The notes below the pieces were generated by a model. That model saw nothing but the letters and a program-made list of their open reading frames with translations. It had not been told where the DNA came from and did not search any database. Position numbers and translations under genes: made by a program. This document shows positions 53,460-64,000 of a stretch of DNA of 64,000 nt, in pieces. Origin of the DNA: Octopus vulgaris (Eukaryota); NCBI GenBank assembly GCA_951406725.2, contig OX597818.1, positions 80,848,001 through 80,912,000 of the forward strand, given 5' to 3'. Numbering within the stretch: position 1 is the first letter of the stretch; every line of letters begins with the position of its first letter.

Positions 53460-54060
53460 GAGGCAGGCACACTTGTTTAGATATTCTGCGATGAAATCGA
53501 GGCGGTAAAGGAGTATGTCTAGTTAGGACACAGGGAATAATACGCCAAGATACAGATGCTGAAATCTCAAAGAGAATAAGGGCAAGATGGAAAGCATTTA
53601 ACTAAAAAAAAAGGATGTGCTTAAAACAAATCTAGACAATACCACCATATGTGCCAGATACTTCAATAGCATCGTCCTACCTGTGTTCTTATGCGCAAGT
53701 GAGATGTGAGCTACTATGAAGATGATAGAACATCGATTGGCTACTATGCAAAGGGCCATGAACAGATCCATTCTGAGAATATCACTAAGACAGCACACTC
53801 AAAATGAGATAATTCAATAGAATACCGAAAGTACAAGTTACACTGGGTCGAATATGTCGTAAGATTCACAGAGAACGGGTGGATCCGTGCAGTTGCCGAG
53901 TGGTATCTAAGAGATCGGAAAAGGCCACTTGGAAAACCTCTACGACAATGGGAAGACGATTTAGTTAAGCAATTTGGATGATGATGGAAAACAATGACGC
54001 GATCATGACAGAATTGGAAGCGCATTGTGACCAATTGTCTATAACAGCATTTGATGGTCT
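53460..54060 (+). mobile_element. Decayed RTE LINE 3' fragment
   Basis: ...KLHWVEYVVRFTENGWIRAVAEWYLRDRKRPLGKPLRQWEDDL. A shorter homologous piece is at ~4085-4250. Confidence 0.7.
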
Positions 54061-54085
54061 CGTTGATACTGTGATATGTATGTAT

Positions 54086-54134
<49 letters not shown>

Positions 54135-54325
54135 TATAGTATATTCTGTTAAGAACGTAGTAGAGAACAGTATAAAGCTCATCCACCTTCAGATTTCACC
54201 CTATGCTATCCAGTAGTAGTATTATACGTACTTTCAGGTTTGCGTTTGGGCTTCTGCCGTGTGTGAATAGATAATTGGAAAAGGTTGTAGTCAACAAAGA
54301 GTGCGGATGGACATTTATTTTCAAT

Positions 54326-54363
54326 CACTACAATTGTTTCTATGCAACGTAGCTCTTCAGGCG
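54326..54363 (-). ncRNA. Degenerate minimal hammerhead motif
   Basis: Minus strand CGC CTGAAGA gctacgttgcata GAA ACAATTGT A GTG: core and palindromic stem III intact, stem II damaged. Confidence 0.5.
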
Positions 54364-54938
54364 TACAGGTACTTGATTATGCATTATGAGATCTAGTTGT
54401 GTTTCCTCAGGCGATATATAAATATTGTCTCCTTAAATTCAAATTCTCAGCTTCAAAAGCACCCTTTCGGTCTGTCGTGACCTGAAGTTAGTAGTAGCCA
54501 CTGAGTTTATCAAGGTGAAGGACTGTTGGTAAACTCCTTCTTGTTGACTCCAAATTTTTTCAATTACACACACACACACATCTTTATCTTTTACTTGTTT
54601 CAATCATTAGACTGCGACCATACTGAAGGTTTAGTCGAACAAATCTACCACTGAACTAATTATAAGAATGGTATTTACGCTATCGCTCGATTTTGCCGAA
54701 TCGCTAAGTTACGGTGACATAAACAAACCAGCACCAGTTGTCAAGCAGTGGTGGGGACAAACACATACACACACATACACGCATGCATACATACATACAT
54801 ACATACATACATACATACATACATACATACATACATACATACATAATACATACATACATACATAAATACACACACACATACATACATACATACATACATA
54901 CATACATACATACATACATACATACATACATACATACA

Positions 54939-55725
54939 TGATGATGACCGTTCACTCGTGACCGAGGAAGACCATTGCCGACCTTCAGGAACATTGTGCG
55001 CTCTCGGACTAACTTATATTTTGCATTTGCGGCTCCGTTGGTGGCAAATGAGCCCTGCTCTTGACAAGCATACACGACTGCAAACATTGTAGACCAAGCT
55101 TTCCCCATTCACTTTACGAGCCGGGCGCTTTCGCGCAGCTCGCTTAAGTTCTTCATGCTGGATACGTGCTCTCTCAAAAGTGTCGATCCCCTCCTTAACC
55201 TGCTTCCTCCATCTGTGGCGATGACAGGCATTGTTCTCCCAGTCAGTGTCCTGCATATCAAAGGCCTTTAACGAGGACTTGACACAGTCCTTAAATCGCA
55301 GCCTTGGTTTCTGCCGGAGTCTCTTTCCATTCACAAGTTCTCCATAGAGCATCTGCTTAGGAATCCTTCTATCCTCCATTCTAATAAGGTGTCCAGTCCA
55401 ACGCAACCGGTGCTTGTGTACCATCGCCTCAATACTCAAGATATCAGCTGTCCTCAGGATCTGTGTGTCTGGAATTTTTGAGGTCCAGCCAAAATTGAGA
55501 ATGTGTCTGAGACATCTCTGATGAAAACGTTCAAGGACCCTGACCTGACGTTTGTACAGAGTCCATGTCTCACATGAGTAGAGAAGCGATGTCAGTACAC
55601 AAGCACGGTACACAGCAACTTTTGTTCTCCTTGCGATGCCATGTTGGGACCAGACACGAGACTGAAGAGACCGGAAGGAATTAGTTGCTCTCTGCAACCT
55701 GAAAGATATTTCCTCATCCAGAGAG
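54939..55725 (-). mobile_element. 5'-truncated RTE-clade LINE (3' end of ORF2) in (CATA)n
   Basis: TKVAVYRACVLTSLLYSCETW...RWTGHLIRMEDRRIPKQMLYGEL and a C-terminal C2H2-like remnant; open frame over ~700 nt. Confidence 0.9.
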
Positions 55726-55966
55726 CATATATACATACATACATACATACATACATACATACATACATACATACATTCGACGGGTTTATTTCTGTTTCCG
55801 TAAACTAAATCTACTCAGAAAGCTTTAGTCGGCCTGGTGGTTTAGTATAAGACACTTGCCCATTGTACCATGCCGTGGGACTGAACCCAGAACCAAGTGT
55901 TTGAGAAGCAAGATTGTTACTACACAGCCATACATACATACATACATACATACATACATACATACA

Positions 55967-56513
55967 TGGTGGCTGCCCCCTCGTTATCAAGTATGGCCAT
56001 TGCACGAAGCTTAATCAATGTTGTTATCGTGCAATGCCTGCGCAAGAAGATTTTTTTTAAAGTGAGAAAAGGCTGTGCATTGAGTCAATCCCACTCACTA
56101 AACATCAGCAGCTATAATCCGAAAAGAAGAACAAGTCAACATCATCGGTAACCACTGAGCCGCAGGTTTTATGTCGGAGTTATCCCAGTTACCTGAGTTA
56201 TCTTCTCCTAGAAGGATGCCCTAACAAAGGCTAGGAGTCCTTCACTCCCAATGGTTTAACCGCGCGATCGGGTATTAAGTCCGATCATTTCTATGTCCCC
56301 GCGCATGATACAGCCTTAAGACATTTGGATGGCCGTTGACACTCAAAAGTTCCTCCGCCTTTTGACGGGTTTTGTTTTTCATCCCGCAGGGTGTCCAATA
56401 AACACCCTCCTCACCAAGCAAGCTTGGTGGGGTTGCCGGTTTAGTCGCCGACGACCCGACCATGCAACAGGTTGTACTGGGTTACATGTTACCAGTAGCA
56501 CTCGAAAGTGACC
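55967..56513 (-). mobile_element. Short non-autonomous RTE-like retroelement in a (CATA)n tract
   Basis: Non-coding, GC-richer and structured; flanked by (CATA)n on both sides. Its 3' end resembles that of the adjacent RTE fragment at ~54939. Confidence 0.55.
56436..56513 (-). ncRNA. Degenerate HDV-like ribozyme at the element's 5' end
   Basis: Minus-strand order: P1 GGTCAC, J1/2, P2 CCAGT, P3 ACA, L3 ACCTGT, P3' TGC, P1' ATGGTC, GG, P4 GTCG-TCGG-CGA, CTAA, P2' ACCGG. One mismatch each in P1, P2 and P3. Confidence 0.5.
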
Positions 56514-56542
56514 TGACATACATACATACATACATACATACA

Positions 56543-56575
<33 letters not shown>

Positions 56576-57068
56576 TTTATAATGGGGAGGCCGGTTTATG
56601 TGGGTATACATATGTGTGTGTGTGTGCGTGTGTGTAACAATGCAGCATTTCGTAGAGAAAGCAGCATCAAAACTCGGGGTTTTTTGGTGGTGGTGGTGGG
56701 GACAAGGGACTTAACTCCTGATAAATCCCTCGCTTAATTGCCTCACCGAAGTCAACTTAGCTTTTTATCTCCCTGGGTCTATAAAAGATAAAATACCAGT
56801 CAAATACCAGAATTGATGGTATTGTCTTATCTCCTCACCTCAAAAATTGCTACTCTTGTGCCTAAATTGTAAGCCATTATGGTTGATAAGAAAGGCGCCC
56901 ATGCTGTCAAAAAGTAACCTAGCCATTCGATAGAGACTAATAAAATAAATCCTCAACTGAAGCAAGTACTAAAGTTAATGGAGTGGGGGGAGGGGGATTA
57001 ACTCCGAAGAGAGTCATAAGGGACGCTATTGTGACACACGGTGTGTTTTGTGAGTTTAAAGCAGGTAG

Positions 57069-57380
57069 TGGAGGCGCAATGGCCTAGTGGTTAGGGCAGC
57101 AGATTCGCGGTCGGAGGGTCGCAGTTTCGATTCCCAGACCGGGCGTTGTATTTTTATTGAGCGAAAACACCTAAAAGCTCCACGAGGCTCCGGCAGGGGG
57201 TGGTGGCGACCCTTGTTGTACTCTTTCGCCTCAACTTTCTCTCACTCTTTCTTCCTGTTTCTTGAGTAACGCTGCGATGGACTGGCGTCCCGTCCAAGCT
57301 GGGGGGAACACATACGTCATAGAAACCGGGAAACTGGGCCCATGAGCCTGGCTAGGCTTGAAAAGGGCGCATGAATAAAA
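57069..57380 (+). mobile_element. tRNA-derived SINE family E
   Basis: TGGCCTAGTGGTTAGGGC...GTTTCGATTCCC head; closely similar copy at 48193-48495. Confidence 0.8.
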
Positions 57381-57455
57381 TAAAATAGGAAATCTTTACT
57401 CAGAAGGGGGTCGCATGAGACATGACTCATCATCAGGTGGGCTGCAATACACGCA

Positions 57456-57499
<44 letters not shown>

Positions 57500-57819
57500 C
57501 AAGTAACTTTTCTTTTACGTGTGCCATTCAGAAAGTGCCGCGGACCGCAAGTTGCCTATATGAAGAGTGATGCAGATTCATCACTGCAAGGAATTAGATT
57601 GTAGCGAGATCCATTTCTGCTGTGGCATTTTGTAATCGACTAGCCTTAAATAGGCTCCACATCTTTAATGATTGGTCGTTTGACCTATCAAGTGAGTTTG
57701 AAACATTTGGCTGTGTCTTGTATTTTGATTGGTCGAGTATTAAGCGGAGTATAGATCTCGGATCTAATCACGTTGTGCATAATAATTACTAAATAACTAA
57801 CTTGAACTGTTGCTGGGAG

Positions 57820-60800
57820 TATAGCTTTGTTAAGCCATACGCAAACAAACTAGTGAGACGAGAATATATTTATCAAAGGTTTATTACTTTAAAAGGTTTA
57901 TTACATCAGGGCTTAAGTCGTCAGTTATTTCTGTTTAGTTCATTCAGATTCGTTTCACACTCACTGTTGCCATTCCGGAAGTCTCTTTTGTTTTCCTGCT
58001 GACCAACTTCGTAGCTAGCTCGCAGCGAAGTTTCTGTCTACAATTCGTCTGTCACGAATCTTGTCCTACATAGCTCCTCATCCAAAACTGTTGGAAAACT
58101 GTCATTGGAAACGGGAAGGCGTTTTAATTGTCCTGCCCATGTGTGTAGTTACTCGATTCTTGTGTGACTTCCTTGTCAAGGGCTGGTGTGATCTGTCTAG
58201 GACGGCCCCTGCTTGGTAGTTGGGTCACCTGAACGGGGCTGTCAATATCGAGATATACCGGTTTCTATCTGTCGATGGAGACTGTGTCTTGTCGTCCGCC
58301 AGTTAGGAGTTGGAATGTTTTATCTCCCGGATGTATGACTTGATATGGACCATCGTAGGGTGACTGGAGAGGTTTTCGTTGTGTGTCACGTCGATCGAGC
58401 ACAAATTTAGCCGTGCGATCATTTGGTGCGGATGATCTGGGTGTGCCGTGTGTCGACATGGGAACAGGGCGCAACTGGCGCACGCTGTCTCTCAGTTGAG
58501 CGAGGTACCTTTTGCCATCCGGGTCTGACTTCGTATTCGGAAGGAACTCACCTGGCACTGTAAGGGAAGCACCCTACACCATTTCCGCGGAGGAAGTGTT
58601 GAGATTTTCTTTTGGGGCAGTGCGGATTCTCAGCATCACCTATGTGAGTTGGTCAATTCAATTTGGCCCGTTAAGTTTGGTTGTCAGGGATTCTTTCAGG
58701 CGGCGGTGAAATCTCTCCACTAATCCGTTGGCCTGTGGGTGGTAGGCTGTTGTGCAGTTCATTGTGATTCCGAAAAGGTCACACATGTCATTCCACAGCT
58801 TTGAAGTGAGTTGTGGACCCCGATCGGAATTGTGGACACCGAAATGGGCGACCCAGTTTGCGATGAAGGCTCGGCTGACTTCTTGTGTGTCCGTGCTGCG
58901 GAGAGGGATAGCTTCAGGCCAACGGGTATAGCAGTCTACCAAGGTCAGTAGATACGAGCAACTCTGTGAAGGTGGTAGGGGGCTGACAAGGTCGATGTTG
59001 ACATGACTGAATCAAGCCTGAGGTTGTTCATAGTTTCCGAGGGGTGCTTTGATGTGTTGGACCTTAGCTTGTTGACAGGGGATGCAGGACCTGGACCAGT
59101 CCCCGTTTGCTTGGCCATACCGTGCCAGATAAATTTGCTTGGCAGCATCCGCCGTGTGGCTTTAGTACCTGGATGGGAAAGTCTGTGAATGATGTCGAAA
59201 ACTTTCTTGCGCCAGGCTGATGGGACTATCGGTCATGGCTTCCCAGTGGATACATCACAAAGTAGGGTTATGTCGTTAGAGCCAAAGTGTACATCCTGCA
59301 AAGTGATGTGATGGCAGTGCGGTAGGCCTTGATCGCCTCATCTGTCTGTTGGGTTGCAGCCATAGCTTCGTAATCCAAGCCTTCCGTTATTGGTGCTAAG
59401 TAGGTGTGAGATCGGGTAGGGGCACGAGAGAGTGCGTCGGCAACTGGGTTGCCGTTGCCAGCTATGTGTCGGATATCTGTGGTGTACTCAGAAATTGCCG
59501 ATAGCTGTCGTTGCTGACGGGCAGACCAAGGCTCCGAGAGCTTTCTCAGAGCAAAGGTAAGTGGTTTGTGATCCGTGAATACTGTAAACGTGCGGCCTTC
59601 AAGGAAATAGCGAAAGTGGCGGACATCTAGCTGGACAGCCAGTAATTCCCTGTCAAAAGCAGTGTGTTTCTGTTCAGGGGGTCGTAATTGTCAGCTGAAG
59701 AAGGTGAGCGGTGCCACTGACTGTTGATGCGTTGTTCCAAAATGCCTCCAATGGTTGTTCGGATGCGTCAACAGTGAGTGCAGTCCAAGCTGACATATGA
59801 GGATGGGACAGCATGGTTGCTTGGACCAGGGCTTGTTTTGTGAATTCGAATGCTGAAGTCATTGTACTATCCCACTCCACCTGTCTTTTTGAACCGTCTT
59901 TTGACAGTACCTTGTACAGGGGTCTCATCACTCTTACTGCAGAAGGGATGAAGCGATGGTAAAAGTTTACCATGCCCATAAATTGATGTAATGCCTTGCT
60001 TGTGGTAGGGCGTGGAAAGGATGGGATAGCTTTTACTTTTTCTGGCAGGGGTGTAGCGCGGGTACTTGTGATTCGATGTCCCAAGAAGTTGATTTCTCTC
60101 GCACCAAAAACGCGCCTGGCGGGTTGATTACTAAACCAATCTGTTCCAGCCTATCAAAAAGAGTCACTAGGTGCCTCATATGTAGCTCTGCGTTTGGGCT
60201 TGCAATAAGGATATCATCTAAGTATGCAAAAACAAAATCGAGACATCTGTACACAGTGGTGTCCATCAGGTGTTGGAAGGATTCAGCCGCATTTTTCAGC
60301 CCAAAAGGTGTATGTAGGAATTCTTACAGACTGAAAGGAGTCATCACAGAGGTTTTCGGCACATCGTCGTCTTGTACTGGTATTTGGTGGTATCCCCGGA
60401 TGAGGCCAACCTTGGAGAAAACCGAGCACCCGGCTAGCTGGGCTGAAAAATCTTGTATATTGGAAATGGGTAGCGGTCGGTGTCGTATCCGCGTTGAGAC
60501 GGCGTTAATCTCCGCAGGGTCGATGACCTCCGTTGGATTTGGGGCTCATATGCAAGGGTGATGACCAGGGAATACTTGATCGGCGAACCTCCATATTGTC
60601 AAACTCGGCCTTTGCGATTGCAAGTTTGTCTGGTGATAGATGACGTGCTTGGCTGTGCACGAGGGATAGGCGGTGTAGATGTGGTGTGTTACCCCGTGGC
60701 AGGCTGTAAGTTTGGAGAATCTCGGAGTGGTGAGATTGGGGCGACTTACAAGATCCGAGAATTCGTTCTTGGTCTGCAAGATGGTTGCTATGCGGGGGGC

Positions 60801-61893
60801 GGCATATGCAGATGTTGCAAGAGGCACGGAAGCATATGTATTGTTGTCGAGGAGTCGTCTTCCCCGCAAATCTACCAGCAGCAAGTGTGCACGAAGAAAG
60901 TCTGCACCGATTATGGACTGATGGACATCGGCGATGGTGAATGCCCGTGTATATTTTTATGAGCTGATGTTGAGAGAAAGAGTGTGACGACTGTATGCTT
61001 CGATTGTGAACCTGTTAGCGGCTGTTAAAGGTTGACTCCGCTTTCCGTGACGGAGGTCCCTTGCCGATGCCGGGATCACGCTGACTTCTGCTCCTGTGTC
61101 GATTAGGAACCTGCGTCCAGACCTGCGATCGCGGACATAGAATAGCATTTGGTCGTGTCTGCCGGCTACCAGGGCGTTTAGTGGCGGCCGGCCCTGGAGT
61201 TTCCCTGGGCCACTGATGAAGTGGTCCCTAAGCTAAATAGAAGGTGACTCACCAGAGCGGGAGACTAATGCCAACATCCTGCCCATCAGTTCCGAAGGAT
61301 TGGAATCGCCTAATTCCTCCTCCAGTATCTTGGCTGCCGCTTCTCTTTCACTGCGTCGGAATGTATCCACTAGCCTATCTTTCAATATGGCGTATTTTTC
61401 ATTGGTGGGGGTGGGTTAAAATGTCCAGCACCCTCGTTGCCGTGTCTTCGTCAAGGTGCGAGTACTTCGTTTGGTCAGCCATTACCTTGTTTATATCGAA
61501 TTGAGCTTCCGCCTGCGCGAACCACAGTTCAGCCCTCTTCGACCAGAACTGTGGTCGCCTCAGTGTTGTTTTGTTGCAAGCCATGTTTGTTTCCATAGCG
61601 AGAGCTGTTGTTCTATCGTCAGGGTCACCAGTTATAGCTTTGTTAAGCTATACGCAAACAAACTAGTGGAGACGAGAATACTTTTATCAAAGATTTATTA
61701 CTTCACGTTCATCAGAGCTTAAGTCGTCAGTTATTTCTGTTTAGTTCACTCAGATTCGTTTCACACTCACTGTTGATATTCTTTTGTTTTCCTTCTACCG
61801 GGAGTCTCTTTTGTTTTCCTGCTGGCCAACTTTCTAGCTAGCCCGCAGCGACGTTTCTGTCTACAGTTCGTTTGTCACGAATCCTGCCCTACA
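57820..61893 (-). mobile_element. Decayed Ty3/Gypsy LTR retrotransposon (CsRn1/Kabuki-like)
   Basis: LTRs at 57820-58070 and 61633-61893; 4-bp TSD GGAG; PBS TGGTGACCCTGACG (tRNA-Trp-like); purine-rich PPT. Frameshifted Gag (FW...LWFAQAEAQF), protease (FLIDTGAEVS), RT (AYLDDILI), RNase H (TVDAS) and integrase (TTAYHPQANGLVERFHR) in PR-RT-RH-IN order. Confidence 0.95.
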
Positions 61894-62388
61894 GGAGTCT
61901 GTTTTTGCCTACATTTAGTCTTGACAAAAACCTCTCTGGGTGAGAAGTGAGAGAATTCCTGGAGGAGGCGCCATGATATTTTCCAGCAGTCATAACGAAG
62001 CACGCGTAACCAACGACGGCCAGAGCGGAATTATCCAAATAATGGATGGACTATACAACCAACAGAATCACCGATGTATTAATTTGGTCCACTGTATAAT
62101 TTAGCAGAGGAATAAAGTCTCGCTGCTATTTTAAAGTTTGTTTCTTGTAATATTTCCACGAGTTAACATGCCACATGTTATATAGTGGTATGCAAAATGC
62201 TTAGCGGTTTTTCACCTAACACTACGATATGAGTTCAAATTGCGCCGAGGTCGACTTTGTCTTTCATCATTTCGAGGTTGATAAATTAGATACCAGTTGA
62301 GTACTGGGATTGAGGTAATCAACTAGATCCTTCCCCCTTGTGCCTATAGCAGAAAGGATTATTTACACGAGTTAACACGCTACACGTT

Positions 62389-62863
62389 TGTAATGGAAAG
62401 CAAGGTTTACGATATCGGGAGAACATCGCCTTCTCCCATTATCTCTTGTTCTTCGTGTAGTTCAGGCTCCAGCAGGCGAAAAAAGAAGTCTTTAAGTACA
62501 AATGCTATTTACAACCAGTTTATTTACAAGTTTTACAGAATAGGTTAAGTGTGTTGCTCTCAGCAACCATCTCAAGCTTTGTGCCTTGTGTTGTATCTCC
62601 GTTAGTGCGGGCACATTGCCTCTGGAGGTACAACATGCAGACAGGCCCAGCCAGTGAAGTGTGCTCAGCAAGCGCTGCTGCGAAGAAGAGGAGAGAAGGA
62701 ATCTGTTTCTGTTTGGCCCTTAAATACAGTTTGCCATCGCGAGCCTCGTTGTGATCTCGCGTATGGCAAATGGATGCAGGTGAGGTCTCGCTCCAGTCTC
62801 GGAGATGGCAATGGCTGCCGCGAGATCTCATCCGATATGGCGCTGACTGTTTGTGCCGCTACA
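62389..62863 (-). mobile_element. Solo LTR
   Basis: TGTA...TACA termini and 4-bp TSD CGTT; TATTTAA and AATAAA on the - strand. Removing it restores a sequence matching 62155-62195. Confidence 0.75.
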
Positions 62864-63249
62864 CGTTATATAGTGGTATGCAACATTCTATAGTAAACCA
62901 AAAGAGACTTTATGACCACCACAGCTAAAAGACCATCCATGATGTTTTCCATAGAGAGACAAGCAGAGGAATAAACCCCATTGCATGACTAGTACATCAT
63001 TTATCAACCCCTGAAGGATAAAAAGGGACGTTGCTCTCAATAGGATTTGAACTCAAAAAGGTCGAAATGAATATCTTCCATCGTTTACTTGTTTCACTCA
63101 TTGGACTGCAGCCATGCTTGGATACCATCTTGAAAGGTTTAGTCGATCAAATTGCCCCCAGTGTTTTTTTTTTTAATCTGGAACTTATTTTATCACTCTT
63201 ATTTGCCAAACCGGAAAGTTACGGGAACGAAAACAAACGAGACAAACGC

Positions 63250-63365
<116 letters not shown>

Positions 63366-63376
63366 TGCATGTGTCG

Positions 63377-63733
63377 AAGGCACATGGCTCAATGGTTAGA
63401 GCGTCGGGTTCACAATCATGAGGTAGGGGGTTCGATTCCCAGACTGTATGTTGTTCGATTCCCAGGGCTGTATGTTGTTTTCTTGAGCAAGACGTTTTAT
63501 TTCACATTGCTCCACTTCACTCACCTGTAGAAATGAGTTGCGACGTGACTGGTGCCAAGCTGTATCAGCCTTTTCTTTTCCTTTGGGCAACACTGGTGGC
63601 ACGGAGAGGAGAGGCTGGTATGCATGGGAGACTACTGGTCTTCCATAAACAACAGTGCCCGGACCTGTGTCTCGGAGGGGTACTTTCTAGTTGCAATCAC
63701 CATAATCATTCATGACTGAAGAGGGTCTTTAGC
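63377..63733 (+). mobile_element. tRNA-derived SINE family D
   Basis: TGGCTCAATGGTTAGAGC...GGTTCGATTCC head; homologous copies at 3683-4025 and 10718-11052. Confidence 0.8.
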
Positions 63734-64000
63734 CTATGTATGTATGTATGTATGTATGTATGTATGTATGTATGCATGCATGCGTGTATGTATGCATGTA
63801 TGCATGTATGCATGCGTGTATGTATGCATGTATGTATGTGTGTGTATGTATGTATGTATGTATGTATGTACGCATATATGTATTATGTATGTGTGTGTGT
63901 ATGTATGTATGTGTGTGTATGTATGTATGTATGTATGTATGTATGTGTGTGTGTATATATGTATGTATGTATGTACGTATGTATGTGTGTGTGTATGTAT

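Noticed and set aside
57069-57145. tRNA gene
   Set aside because: The tRNA-like head runs into a repeated SINE body (also at 48193) and lacks a proper acceptor stem and terminator.
62520-62831. 103-aa ORF as a host gene
   Set aside because: It lies entirely inside the solo LTR.

Overview
AT-rich, microsatellite-dense eukaryotic DNA. The SINE/LINE repertoire looks like a coleoid cephalopod, probably an octopus (inferred from recognised repeat families, not from a search). Genes: the last coding exon of an unidentified + strand gene (1-720) and a four-coding-exon MRNIP (MRN complex-interacting protein) gene on the - strand (50126-42652, ~475 aa, all splice phases consistent). The rest is mostly mobile DNA: many SINEs, RTE-like and L1/Tx1-like LINE fragments, mariner remnants, a decayed Ty3/Gypsy element (57820-61893) with LTRs, TSD and a tRNA-Trp-like PBS, a solo LTR, and many fold-back elements sitting in (TA)n/(CA)n tracts. 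The most notable feature is a near-identical tandem array of ~492-bp units (18367-20564). Each full unit carries a complete type I hammerhead ribozyme on the - strand, and the array's 5' end lies ~7 nt downstream of the predicted self-cleavage position. This is the architecture of a non-LTR retrozyme/Penelope-type ribozyme repeat that could yield ~492-nt (circular) RNAs. Related solo elements, further minimal or degenerate hammerheads, and a degenerate HDV-like ribozyme at the 5' end of an RTE-like short element are also present. All ribozyme calls come from manual motif and pairing inspection; none is experimentally validated.
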